Shown here: positions 1 through 13,160 of the stretch, in pieces
How positions within the stretch are numbered: the stretch's first letter is position 1
Layout of the letters: every line of letters begins with the position of its first letter
Source of the DNA: Mobula hypostoma
Taxonomy: Eukaryota
Direction: 5' to 3'
Length of the DNA: 64,000 nucleotides
NCBI RefSeq assembly: GCF_963921235.1
Contig: NC_086097.1
Coordinates: 122,886,001-122,950,000 of the forward strand
Notes under the pieces: generated by a model
Database searches by the model: none
Told to the model about the DNA's origin: nothing
The model's input: only the letters and a program-made list of their open reading frames with translations
Translations under genes and position numbers: made by a program

Positions 1-1860
1 TTTAAAAGAGACAGCTCTCTCTGAGGATGAAATTCAGAAAGAGACAGTGGGATATTACCTTAAAGATGGGACGTTGATGAGGAAGTGGAGACCAGTCACT
101 GTGCCTGCAAGTGAGGTTTGGGCTATTGTGCATCAGGTGGTGATTCCAAATGTTTACAGGGCTGAAATTTTAAACCTGGCCCACAAGATGCCTTTAGGTG
201 GACCTTTTGGAGTAAAGAAGACAGTGCACAGGATTATGAAGGAATTTTATTGGCCTAACATGAGGAAAGATATTGCCAATTACTGCAGAGGGTGCCATAT
301 GTGCCAGGTGGTGGGAAAATCTAACCAGACCATCCCAAGTGCGCCACTTTGGGATTTGCTTTTGGTGAACCTTTTTCTAGGGTCATAGTGGATTGTGTAG
401 GCCCATTGCCGAAGACTGCAGCTGGTCATCAGTACTGGTTAACAATTATGTGTGCCGCATCTGGGTTCCCTGAAGCCATGCCTCTCAGAAACATGCAGGT
501 CAAGACTGTGATAAAGGCACTCAGCAAGTTTTTCATACTGGTAGGTTTGTCTAAAGAAATTCAATCTGATCAGGGTAGTAACTTTACTTCAAGAACATTC
601 CAGCAGATAGTTTCTGAGCTGAGGGTTAAACAAATTCTGCCTACTACCTGGAGTCTCAAGGGGCTTTGGAGCGGTTTCATTCCACTTTAAAGACCATGAT
701 TAAAACCTACTGTTATGAGAATGACAGGGACTGCGATGAAGGAATACACTTATTACTTCTTGCTGTGAGAGACACCATTCAAGAGACCCTGGGGTTCAGC
801 CCGTTTGAGCTCATTTTCGGCCATAGGCCCAAAGGACCTCTGACCTTGCTCAGGAAGCAATGGTCTGACCCAAAAGTGTGTGTCAGCGTGTTAGATTATG
901 TTTTAAAATTTTGTGAAAGACTTAACAAAGCTTGTGACTTTGCCAAGAAGAATCTGCAAAATGCCCAAATTAAAATGAAACATTGGTTTGATAAGAGAGC
1001 GAGGGAGCAGGTGTTTGAGTTTGGAAGTAAAGTGCTGATGCTGTTCCCTCTTGTGACCAACCCCCTCCAAGCACAATTCTATGGACCATACCACATAATT
1101 AAGAAAATTGATTCTTTGAATTATGTTATCGAAATTCCCGACCGAAGGAAGGTGACCCAATTAGTGCACGTAAATATGCTGAAGCCTTATCATGATTCTG
1201 AGGTGGTACCAGTAAGTACGGTTATGAAAACAAGTGGGGCTGAGGAATTTGATAATCAGGGACAAAATCATTTTACCAAACTGAGTATTGTATCAACAAG
1301 ACTTGAGAATTCCACTATTTTGAAAGACCTTACTGGTAAGGTTTGTCATCTAGAGCCTGCACAGAGAGAGAAATTGCAGGAACTAATTAAAAAAACATAA
1401 AGATTTATTTCCTGACATTCCAAGATGGTGCACAGGTGTAGTGCATGACGTCATTATAAATTCAACCCAGTCCATAAAACAACATCCTTACGGAATGAAC
1501 TTTGAGAAACGCAAAGGGGTTGAAAAAGAAATTAGCTACATGCTATCAACTGGTATTATTAGGCAATCTACCTCAGACTGGACATTGCCTTGCGTCCTTG
1601 TCCCAAAGCCGGACAGTAGCATGAGATTCTGTACTGACTACAGGAACCAAGACAGATGCTTATCCTATCCCAAGAGTGGATGACTGTATTGATAAAGTGG
1701 GAAAGGCTAAATACCTCACAAAAATTGATCTGTTAAAAGGATATTGGTGTGTTCCTTTGACCAACAGGGCAGAGAAATCTCAGCATTTGTCACATCTGTC
1801 GGGTTGTATGAATATAATGTTTTGCCCTTCGGGATGAAAAATGCTCCAGGGACATTTCAA

Positions 1861-4213
1861 CTAGAGGTGATGCAATATTGGATCTCCTGTTAGAAAACGA
1901 ATTAGGGCAAGTGACGGACGTCTGTGTAGGGGAGCACTTTGGTTCCAGTGATCATAACGCCATTAGTTTCAATTTGATCATGGACAAGGATAGATCTGGT
2001 CCTAGGGTTGAGGTTCTGAACTGGAAGAAGGCCAAATTTGAAGAAATGAGAAAGGATCTAAAAAGCGTGGATTGGGACAGGTTGTTCTCTGGCAAAGATG
2101 TGATTGGTAGGTGGGAAGCCTTCAAAGGGGAAATTTTGAGAGTGCAGAGTTTGTATGTTCCTGTCAGGATTAAAGGCAAATTGAATAGGAATAAGGAACC
2201 TTGATTCTCAAGGGATATTGCAAATCTGATAAAGAAGAAGAGTGAGTTGTATGAAATGTATAGAAAACAGGGAGTAAATCAGGTGCTTGAGGAGTATAAG
2301 AAGTGCAAGAAAATACTTAAGAAAGTAATCAGGAGGGCTAAAAGAAGACATGAGGTTGCCTTGGCAGTCAAAGTGAAGGATAATCCAAAGAGCTTTTACA
2401 GGTATGTTAAGAGCAAAAGGATAGTAAGGGATAAAATTGGTCCTCTTGAAGATCAGAGTGGTCGGCTATGTGCGGAACCAAAGGAAATGGGGGAGATCTT
2501 AAATAGGTTTTTTGCGTCTGTATTTACTAAGGAAACTGGCATGAAGTCTATGGAATTGAGGGAATGAAGTAGTGAGATCAGGGAAACTGTACAGATTGAG
2601 AAGGAGGAGGTGCTTGCTGTCTTGAGGAAAATTAAAGTGGATAAATCCCTGGGACCTGACAGAGTGTTCCCTCGGACCTTGAAGGAGACTAGTGTTGAAA
2701 TTGCGGTTGCCCTGGCAGAAATATTTAAAATGTCGCTGTCTACGGTTGAAGTGCCGGAGGATTGGAGAGTGGCTCATGTTGTCCCATTGTTTAAAAAAGG
2801 ATCGAAAGTAATCCAGGAAATTATAGGCCGGTGAGTTTAACGTCAGTAGTAGGTAAGTTATTGGAGGGAGTACTAAGAGACAGAATCTACAAGCATTTGG
2901 ATAGACAGGGGCTTATTAGGGAGAGTCAACATGGCTTTGTGCGTGGTAGGTCATGTTTGACCAATCTGTTGGAGTTTTTCGAGGAGGTTACCAGGAAAGT
3001 GGATGAAGGGAAGGCAGTGGATATTGTCTACATGGACTTCAGTAAGGCCTTTGACAAGGTCCCGCATGGGAGGTTAGTTAGGAAAATTCAGTCGCTAGGT
3101 ATACATGGAGAGGTGGTAAATTGGATTGGACATTGGCTCGATGAAAGAAGCCAGAGAGTGGTGGTAGAAAATTGCTTCTCTGAGTGGAGGCCTGTGACTA
3201 GTGGTGTGCCACAGGGATCAGTGCTGGGTCCATTGTTATTTGTCATCTATATCAATGATCTGGATGATAATGTGGTAAATTGGATCAGCAAGTTTGCTGA
3301 TGATACAAAGATTGGAGGTGTAGTAGACAGTGAGGAAGGTTTTCAGAGCCTGCAGAGGGACTTGGACCAGCTGGAAAAATGGGCTGAAAAATGGCAGATG
3401 GAGTTTAATACTGACAAGTGTGAGGTATTGCACGTTGGAAGGACAAACCAACGTAGAACATACAGGGTTAATGGTAAGGCACTGAGGAGTGCAGTGGAAC
3501 AGAGGGATCTGGGAATACAGATACAAAATTCCCTAAAAGTGTCGTCACAGGTAGATAGGGTCGTAAAGAGAGCTTTTGGTACATTGGCCTTTATTAATCG
3601 TAGTATTGAGTATAAGAGCTGGAATGTTATGATGAGGTTGTATAAGGCATTGGTGAGGCCGAATCTGGAGTATTGTGTTCAGTTTTGGTCACCAAATTAC
3701 AGGAAGGATATAAATAAGTTTGAAAGACTGCAGAGAAGGTTTACAAGGATGTTGCCGGGACTTGAGAAACTCAGTTACAGAGAAAGGTTGAATAGGTTGG
3801 GACTTTATTCCCTGGAGCGTAGAAGAATGAGGGGAGATTTGATAGAGGTATATAAAATTATGATGGGTATAGATAGAGTGAATGCAAGAAGGCTTTTTCC
3901 ACTGAGGCAAGGGGAGAAAAAAACCAGAGGACATGGGTTAAGGGTGAGGGGGGAAAAGTTTAGGGGGAACATTAGTGGGGGCTTCTTCACACAGAGGGTG
4001 GTGGGAGTGTGGAATGAGCTGCCAGATGAGGTGGTAAATGCGGGTTCTTTTTTAACATTTAAGAATAAATTGGACAGATACATGGATGGGAGGTGTATGG
4101 AGGGATATGGTCCGTGTGCAGGTCAGTGGGACTAGGCAGAAAATGGTTCGGCACAGCCAAGAAGGGCCAAAGGGCCTGTTTCTGTGCTGTAGTTTCTATG
4201 GTTCTATGGTTTT
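1861..4213 (+). mobile_element. CR1 LINE (family A), 5'-truncated, inserted in the Gypsy RT
   Basis: End of the APE endonuclease (GSSDHNAISF), then RT (QHGF, YMDFSKAFDKVPH, GVPQGSVLGP, KFADDTK; ORF 2831-4135), then a 3' tail of ttctatgg repeats at about 4194-4213. Confidence 0.95.
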
Positions 4214-5183
4214 CTAATGATCAATTCTGTTATTAGAGGTTTAGAAAGCATAGGGGCTTATACTGATGATCTGGTTGTATGGAATGACACGTGGGAAGAG
4301 CATATTGCAGAGGTAGAAAAACTGTTTGGCAGACTTTCCAAGGCCAATCTTACTGTGAACCTCGCTAAAAGTGAGTTTGGCCATGCCACCGTTACATATC
4401 TGGGCTATGTAGTAGGCCAGGGCCAACTGGCTCCTGTAGAGGCCAAGGTTCAAGCTATTGCTGAGGTTCCTGTTCCGACCGGCAAGAAAGCTTTGAGAAG
4501 GTTTTTAGGAATGGTTGGGTATTATTATAAATTTTGTAGGAACATTGCTGACGTCACTCTCCCTCTAACAAAACTCCTTGAGAAGAGTGAAAGATTTGTA
4601 TGGAGTGATTTTTGCTAGAAGGCATTTGAACATCTGAGAACCATCCTGTGTTATCATCCTGTGCTCAAAGCACCTGATCTTTCAAAACCATTCTCGATAG
4701 CAACAGACACTAGTGACGAAGCTGCTGGGGCAGTACTGTTACAGAAGGGTGTGGATGACATTGAGCATCCAGTAGCTTACTTCTCAAAGAAATTTAATGC
4801 ACACCAGAAAAATTACTCCACTGCTGAAAAGAAATTGTTAGCACTTATTCTGGCCTTACAACATTTTGAGGTTTATGTTTGTTCTTGCCCAGATACCACC
4901 TGTGGTTTACAAGAATCATAATCCATTGATGTTTCTAACTAAGATGAAGGATAAGAATAGAAGGTTATTAAATTGGAGTCTGATATTGCAAGAATATGAC
5001 TTAAAAATCAAACATGTGAAAGGTACTGACAATATTACAGCTGACGGTTTATCCAGACGTTAAGTTGGAAATTGTACACGTTTTGCTCTGTCATCTGACG
5101 ATTATATGTATTGTTTCAAACTCTGAAATTTCCAGTTAAACCAAAAATTTCGCCTTCGTCAAAATTTTTCTGAAGGAAAGGGG

Positions 5184-6001
5184 TGTGACGGGGTCCTGAA
5201 TTACCCCTATAAACTGTGCTTGATTACCCCTCTGAAATATGCTTTTGAAAAGAGAGTTATTTAACACAAGCACCTTGTTCAAAAGAGAGAGAGAGACAAA
5301 GACTGCTCACAGGTTGTCTATACTTTCTCCAAGGACATTGCCTGCTTGTACATTCTTACACAGACAAAGAAAGGAGGAGTTATTTGAATGACAGTACTCA
5401 GTACGGGGAGATAAATAGAAGGTCAGATGATAGACCTGGAACACATGATTTTGGACACTGAATGAGCTTTGTTGTGCCCACAGAAAAAGTGGGTTTTGGA
5501 GGATCGATCAGGCGGATCGATCAGTGGCTCCTGCAGTGTGAACAGGGCGTAACCAGTGGGGAGTTATTTGTGTGTCAATCCCTCACCTGGGTTAATAGCT
5601 CCACCACAGAAGAACAGTCTCCTTTGCTGTGGTCACAGTCGGTGACTTTTAAAGGATTTTGGAGGATAACGGGAAGATCGACAGTGTCAGCTCACCTGAA
5701 GACTCAAATCTCTCTCTCTCTCTCTCTCTCTCCACCACTACTCAACTCAATACCACAAACTGAACTGAACTTTACTCATTATCGTAAGACTATCTATTTA
5801 CCCCTGGACTTGAAGAAGCTTGGTTTTCATATATATTCCACACTTACTTATATATAATCATTGCTAACCTGTTTGATTTATCTTCATTTATATTACTATA
5901 TTGCGTAGTTACTAATAAGTATCATTAGTTAGTAGCAATACTGGACTCCAAGGTGTTTCCTATTTCTGCTGGTTCTTTAACCCATCACGGGGTACATGAC
6001 A
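5184..6001 (+). repeat. 3' LTR of the Gmr1-like element
   Basis: Polypurine tract gaaggaaagggg at 5172-5183 is followed directly by TGTGAC. The LTR ends ...atgACA at 6001, where Rex/Babar RT sequence resumes. It contains a (CT)n tract near 5709-5732. Confidence 0.85.
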
Positions 6002-6944
6002 CTAGGCATAGCTCATATACCACCTACAAATTTGCTGATGATAAAACCATTGTTAATAGAATCTCAGGTGGTGACAAGAGGGCGTACAGGAGTGAGATAT
6101 GCCAACTAGTGGAATGGTGCCACAGCAACACCCTGGCACTCTACATCAGAAAGACGAAAGAGCTGATTGTGGACTTCAGGAAGGGTAAGACGAAGGAACA
6201 CATACCAATCCTCATAAAGGGATCAGAAGTGGAAAAAGTGAGCAGCTTCAAGTTCCTGGATGTCAAGATCTCTGAGGTTCTAACCGGGTCCCAACATATC
6301 AATATAGTTATAAAGAAGGCAAGACAGTGGCTATACTTCATTAAGAGTTTGAAGAGATTTGACATGTCAACAAATACACTCAAAAACTTCTATAGTTGTA
6401 CCGTGGAGAGCATTCTGACAGGCTGCATCACTGTCTGCTATGGAGGGGCTACTGCACAGGACTGAAAGAAGCTGCAGAAGGTTGTAAATCTAGTCAGTTC
6501 CATCTTGAGCACTAACCTACAAGGTATCCAGGACATCTTTAGGGAGTGGTGCCTCAGAAAGGCAGCATCCATTATTAAGGACCTCCAGCACCCAGGGCAT
6601 GCCGTTTTCTTACTGTTACCATCAGGCAGGAGATACAGAAGCCTGAAGGCACACGCTCAGTGATTCAGGAACAGCTTCTTCCCCTCTGCCATCCAATTCC
6701 TAAATGGACATTGAAGCTTTGGACACTACCTCACTTTTTTTTAATATACAGTATTTCTATTTTTGCACATTTCTAATCTATTCAATATATGTAATTGACT
6801 TACTTGTTTATTTATTATTATGTTTTATTTTATTTATTATTTTTTTCTCTCTCTGCTAAATTATGTATTGCATTGAACTGATGCTGCTAAGTTAACAAAG
6901 TTCAGTCACATGCCGGTGATAATAAACCTGATTCTGATTCTGAT
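6002..6944 (+). mobile_element. Rex1/Babar-type LINE, 3' portion
   Basis: RT C-terminus (YKFADDKTIV, KTKELIVDFRK, FKFL..ISE.L, KKARQWLYF, ESILTGCITV). Tail aataaacc(tgattc)n. Confidence 0.85.
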
Positions 6945-7429
6945 TTATTTTTGTACATTTTCTTCCATATCAGTCCTTTAACCTTCATTTGCTTTTTATT
7001 ATTGAAGTATAATTATTTATTTTTATTTCATTCTTTACTCTTTAGAATTGTTCAATGTTTTTGTTGTTTGTTGCATGTTACACTGTAACCAACACTCTGC
7101 AGCAAATTCCTAACACATCTAAATGTATATGGTGAATGAATTGATCCTTAGTCTGAAGGACTCAGCCCCTGTCACTTGCAAGTAACCAAGGAGCAGGAAC
7201 CAGACAGGAGAGGTAGAAGATAAACGAAGATGAAAGGTGGAGTCAAATCTATTAACTGCCTCCTAGTCAGGCTGGTTATGAACATAACATTTGATAGGTG
7301 ATACCAATAAATGTAATCACATTCTGAGTTCATCCTTTTGATCTCCCTCTGTTTTGCCTTTTGGTGTACCATGTGGGAAAAGTTGATCATGTACAGTAGC
7401 CAGAGATAACCCTACACGATGAGCGATGA

Positions 7430-8212
7430 CACAAAAACAAACCTTCCTTCAATGTCACGTCACTAAGACCAAGGAACTGGCTGCGGACTTCAGAAAGGGA
7501 AGTTAGGAAAATTCTCATCGGTGCTCATGGAAGAAAGGACAGGATAAGCAGTGGAAAGTGTGAACTGTTTCAAGCTCCTGAGTATCAACATCTCTGAAAA
7601 TCTTTCCTGGGCCCTAACATAATGATGCAGTTATGAAGAGGGCACGCCAGCAGCTTTACTTCATTCAGGGTTTGAGGAGATTTGGTAAGTCCACCAAGAA
7701 CTCTAGCAGATTTCCGCAGATGTACCGTGCAGAGTATCCTAACTGGTTGCAGCACCATTTGGTATGGAGGCACCAATGCACAGGATTGGAAACAGCTGCA
7801 GAGGATTGTATGCTCAGTCAGCTTCATTGTGAGCACTAGCCACCCCACCATTGAGGACATTTTCAAAAGGTGATGCCACAGAAACACGGCATCCATGATG
7901 AAGGACCCCACCTCCCAGGACATGCCCTCTTTTTATTATTATCAGCACGGAGATATAGGAGCCTGGAGACACACAATTAACATTTTAGGAACAGCTTCTT
8001 CCCCTCCACCATCAGATTTCTGAAGAACCCGTGAACTTATCAAATCAGCCCCTCTATGTTGTTCTCTTTTTTTGCACTACTTACTCATTTTTTAAAATGT
8101 TTCTTATTGTAACTTACAGTTTTTTATGATGTAGTACATCTGCACTACTGGTACAAAACAACAAATTTCATGACTTATGTCCAAAATAATAAACCTGATT
8201 TTGATTCTGATT
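7430..8212 (+). mobile_element. Rex1/Babar-type LINE, degenerate 3' portion
   Basis: KRARQQLYFIQGLRRFG and QSILTGCSTIWYGG remnants, with an aataaacctgatt..tgattctga tail. Confidence 0.8.
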
Positions 8213-8234
8213 GGTAAATAACAATTATGCTAGG

Positions 8235-8412
8235 TGTAATGTATGGGTTTAGTTCTTTTAGCGCAATGACTCCCCTTAGCACTAATTATTGACTGATGAC
8301 TTACACATGTGCATTGATTTATTACTCTCTCTGCAAAGTGAATACTGTATACACATTAACTTCTTCTCTGACTGCGTTTCTTTATTTGATACGTAGTTGA
8401 ACAGACACAGCA
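8235..8412. mobile_element. Putative short solo LTR
   Basis: 178 bp, TG...CA termini, flanked by a perfect 5-bp duplication ctagg (8230-8234 and 8413-8417). AATAAA is present on the minus strand. Confidence 0.55.
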
Positions 8413-9081
8413 CTAGGTGTCCTGGTTATAAAACGTTTCTTCTGCTATGAGAGGCAGCCATCTCGATTGACAGGCATCACGGGGACCAGTATGATTCTAC
8501 CCTCAGGAAGAGTAGACAAACAATAAGGCTTTGTGATTGAATATTTATAATATTCTAACATGCTATAGGAGAACCAAGACTCTGAGGGGTGAAAGCTATG
8601 AGAGAGAGTGATATATAAGCACATGAGAATCTAGAGCAGGACTATGTCAATATTCCTTCCTGATTGCTTCACTATCATAGCTCATTCAATCTTCACCTCA
8701 TTCTCATGATCTCTCCATAAAGTTCAACAATAACAACCTCAAACTTGAATATATTCTCATCCACCCCATTACATCTTTTGAGATCAAGTGAATTCTCAAA
8801 ATCTTAGCTGTATCATAGAGACTACCTTTTGTTCTTCTAAGCTCTACTCAATCTTCCTTCATAAAGGAACACCTTCACTCAAGGAATTAACCAAGTGAGC
8901 CATCTATGTAAGGTCTCCAAGCAAGCATTTCTCTCCATAAACCAGAGCTCAGACCTGTGCATAGTACTCCAGGTGAGATCTCCAGCATCCAGTGAAGTTA
9001 CAGAATATCAACACTTCCTACATTTTATATATACAAACATCCATTGCAATAATCCATTCCTCACTTTTATTCATATTACAG

Positions 9082-10037
9082 GTCAATGATTTGGATGATG
9101 GAATTGGTGGCATTGTGGCCAAGTTTGTGGATGATGTGAAGATAGGTGGTGGGGCAGGTAGTGTTGAGGAAGCAGAGAGTCTGGAGAAGGACTCAGACAG
9201 ACTGGGAGAATGGGCAAAGAATTGGCTGATGGAATATAGCGTAATGAAGTGTATGGTCATGCTCTTTGGTAGAAAGAATAATGACGTAGACTATTTTCTA
9301 AACTGAGAGAAAATTCAAAAATAAGATGTATAAAAGGATTTGGGAGTCCTTTTGCAGGATTCCCTAAAGGTTAACTTGCAGGTTGAGTTGGAGGTAAAGA
9401 AGGCAAACACAATGGTAGCATTCTTTTCGAGAGGACTAGAATATAAAAGCAAGAACGTGATGCTAAGTCTTTATAAGGCATTGGTCAGACTACGCTTGGA
9501 GTATTGTGAGCAAATTTGGTCCCCTTGTCTAGGAAAGGATGTGCTGGCATTGGAGAGGACCCAGAGGAGTTTCATGAAAATGACGCTGAGAATGAAAGGG
9601 TTAATGTATGAGGAGCATTTGATGTCTCTGGGCTTGTACTCACTGGAGTTTAGAAGAATAAGGGAAGATCTCATTGAAACCTATAGAATATTAAAAAGGC
9701 CTAGACAGAGTGTACGTGGCGAGGTTGTTTCCTATAGTCGGGTAGTCTACACCAAAAGGAACAACCTCAGAATAGAAAGACGTCCCTTTAGTACAGGGAT
9801 TAGGAGGAATTTCTTTAGCCAGAGGGTAGTGAATCTGAGGAATTCATTGTTATGGACATCTGTGGAGGCCAAGTCTTTGGGAATATGTAAAATGAAAATT
9901 GATAGGTTCTTGATTAGTAAGGGCATCGAAGATTATGGGGAGAAGACAGGGGAATGGGGTTGAGAGGGATAATATATTAGTCACAATTGAATGGTGGAGC
10001 AGAATCTATAGGGCAAATATCTTACAGTCTATGTTCT
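9082..10037 (+). mobile_element. CR1 LINE 3' fragment (decayed RT)
   Basis: VNDLDDG..KFVDDVKIGG, LYKALVR..LEYC and NFFSQRVVNL motifs, followed by a CR1-like 3' UTR. Confidence 0.85.
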
Positions 10038-11094
10038 GAAGGCCAACATACCATTTGCTTTCATAATTACTTTCACTTTTTCATGATAGTGTTTTATGTT
10101 TCATGTACCATGATATCTCAAATCCTGTTATATTTACATTTTCCAATCTCACACCATTTAAGTATTTTATTTTTCATTCTTTCTTCCAAAGTGTATAACT
10201 TGACACCTTCCCACAATATAGTTTAGCAGCTGAATTCTCATTTAACCTTTCTAAATCCACTTGCAGATTCTTTGCAGCCTTCACACAACTTGCTAATATG
10301 CTTATCTTTGCATCATCAGCAAATATTGCAACAGTAAACTGAGACACTTCATCAAAATAATTGTGGCCTGAGCACAGATCCCTGAGATGTTCCACTCTTC
10401 ACTGATTAAATCTAAATTACTCTATCTTTCTGCTTTCTTTTAGTTAGCCTTTTCTTACGCATTATTCCCATTATTTCCAGTGCAATATTCCTTTGCACTT
10501 CGTTGGGATAATTGGAGCACTTGTAACTTTTGACATGCAGTTGACTAACTTCAAGGAAGCGATGCAGATGTACAAATGTTAAACCTTGTACTTAACCGAC
10601 CTAAAATGTAGCTCTGTTGTAGATCCTTTTAAATTGCCTTCCTGCCTGAACAGCTTCAACGAATTGAAAAGTGTAATGCATTTTGACTGTAGAAAATATG
10701 TTTGACCACCTGGAACATACAATCAGTGGCCACTTTATTAGGTACACCAGTGCACCTGCAAGTATCTGATCCACTGATCAATCATGTGATAAAATCTCAA
10801 TAAACTGGTTACTTCTGATTGTGTAGGATGTGTTCTGGGATCATGAGAGATTGTGGAAGATGTGAAATCCCAGGAGTTTGAAACTGCTCACAGTTTCCAC
10901 TGCTGTGCCGCCAACTAACAGAGAGGAGGGTGTGGTGTGAGTTCTCGATAACTATCTCCTTTGTCTTGATGACATTAAGGAAAAGGTTATTTGCCTGGTA
11001 ATATTGTTTATCAGAGTCCCTAGTCATACCTTCTGCGTAACTAAGTTACAGATCTTTTGTGAGTGTAAGAAGGCAGTGGAAAGACACCAGTCCA

Positions 11095-11620
11095 ACACAA
11101 CTGGAGCATTGTGAGCAGTTTTGGGCCCCTCCTCTTAGAAAGGATGTGCTGGCACTGGAGAGAGTCCAGGGGAGGTTCATGAGAATGATCGTGGTAATGA
11201 AAGAGTTAACGCATGAGGAGTATTTGGACTCACTGGAACTTAGAAGAATGAGAGAAGTTATCACTGAAACATCGTATATTGAAAGGTCTTAGAGAGAGTG
11301 GGCATGGAGAGGGTGTTTCCAATAGTGGGGGAGACTAGGACCAGAGGGAGCAGTCTCAGAGTACATCCCTTTAGAAGAGAGATGAGGAGAAGCTAGAGAG
11401 AGGCAAATCTGTGGAATTCATTGCCACAGACAGCTGTGAAGGTCAAGTGATCAGGTATTTTTAAAGCGGAGGTTGATGGGTGCTTGATTAGTAAGGTCAT
11501 CACAGGTTAGGGGGAGAAGGCTGGGGAATGGGGCTGAGAGAGATAATAAATCAACCATGATAGAATGGTGGAGCAGACTTGATGCTCTGAAATACCTAAT
11601 GCTGCTCTTAAGTTCTATGA
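11095..11620 (+). mobile_element. CR1 LINE 3' fragment
   Basis: LEHCEQFWAP.LRKDVLALERVQGRF motif, followed by a CR1 3' UTR. Confidence 0.75.
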
Positions 11621-12630
11621 TTCCACAGAGAAGTAGTTGTAGGAATATGAACACTGGGCCTCTTAGGGAGAAAAGCAGGTCCGTGTCCCAGAGACTCTCA
11701 CGGGACACATCAGCAGTCAAAGGATTTTATTACCAGATAGATTGCTGGATTGCTGATACCCTCTGCAAACCTCTTTAAACAAGAATATCCACACCAGTGA
11801 TGTCAATTGTCAAATCTCCCACTGCAGTCCTAAGATGACTGACTCCTGTTTACACCGCTTTCGAGGTGAATGCATGAACCATCAGATACCTCATGTTCCA
11901 ATGAGCTTATCTGCCAGTTTTGTGCTGGGAAAGAGAAAATTCAAGTCTGCCCAAAGACACCTTCAAGCCTGGATCCCACAGGACTCAGCACTCAGCCCCT
12001 TGCTTTGTAAAACGTATTAATGCTTTATAGTTAAATGTATGTCTGGGGCATGATGAAGAAATTAGTAAATGATTGACCAGTTGGTTGACTTTGAGGATGA
12101 ATGCTGTGAAATGCGAAAAGCTATACTGTAGATGGTCTGAGCCACCAGGCAGGAAAAAGGCAAAAGTTAAAAGTAAATTTATTATTGTACAATCTTGAGA
12201 TTCATTTTCTTGCAGGCATTTACAAAATAATAAAGAAATACAATAGAATTTATGAAAAATGTCAATAAATAAAATACAGTCTGACAGACAACCAATGTGT
12301 AGAAGAAGACAAATCATACAAATAATAAAAAATAAATAAATGATACTGACTTGTAGAGTCCTTGAAAGTGAGTCTATGGGTTGTAGAGTTAGTTTAGTGT
12401 TGGGGTGAGTAAAGTTGTCCAGGCTGTTTCAGGAGTCTGATATCTGTAGTGTAATTCCTGTTCTTGAACCTAGCGGTGTGCAACCTAAGGTTCCTGTACC
12501 TCTTGCCCAAAGGTGGCAGTGAGTCCAGAGATAAAAAGGGCATTTGGAGATAACAATGGCTAAAGTTATATGTGGGAATTTTACGTCTACTAGTCAAGAG
12601 TCTGAAGTTCAAAGGTCAAAGTAAATTTAT

Positions 12631-13160
12631 TAGATTATGAGGACACGCAGTCCTCTTTTATTGTCATTTAGTAATGCATGCATTAAGAAATGATACAATA
12701 TTCCTCCGGTGTGATATCACAAAACAGAGGACAGACCAAGACTGAAAAAACTAACTAAACCACATAATTATAACATATAGTTACAACAGTGCAACAATAC
12801 CGTAACTTGATGAAGAACAGTCCATGGCATAGTAAAAAAAGTTCAAAGTTTCTCGAAAGTCCCACATCTCACACAAACAGGAGAAGGAAGAAAACTCTCC
12901 CTGCCATGCCCGACCACAGTCCGACTCTGAGTCGTCCGAAAACTTCGAGCCTCCGATCAGCCCTCCAACACCGAGTACCGAGCACCGTCTCTATCCGAAC
13001 GATTCGACCTCAATCTTAGTCGCCAGCAGCAGGCAAAGCCGGGGATTTTGAGGCCTTCCCTCCGGAAGAATCTCGATCGCGCAGTAACTGCAGCAGCGAA
13101 CTAGCGTTTCAGAAATTTCTCCAGACGTCCCTCTGTGCTTTCACGTCTAACTCCATCAAT
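12631..13160 (-). mobile_element. Non-coding retroposon with (TAATC)n tail, 5'-truncated copy
   Basis: Highly similar to 29642-30283 and starts with the same tagattatgag.acacgcagtcctc tail region. Confidence 0.75.

Larger units (their letters stand above)
1..6001 (+). mobile_element. Gmr1-like Ty3/Gypsy LTR retrotransposon, 3' part (IN-RT-RNaseH, PPT, 3' LTR), frameshifted and interrupted by a CR1
   Basis: Integrase Zn-binding region (LAH...YWPNMRKDIANYCRGCHMCQ), core (VIVDCVGPLP, SDQGSNFTS, ERFHSTLK) and GPY/F motif at 47-1400. RT follows (IKQHPY, RFCTDYR, LPFGMKNAPGTFQ to 1860) and resumes at 4214 (AYTDDLVV). RNase H (TDTSD..AGAVLLQ, PVAYFSKK) runs to 5063. Confidence 0.93.

Noticed and set aside
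5953..6465. ORF resembling the DUF1891/ALKBH8 N-terminal-like segment
   Set aside because: It is the RT C-terminus of a Rex1/Babar LINE. The ORF starts in LTR sequence and is followed by a LINE tail.
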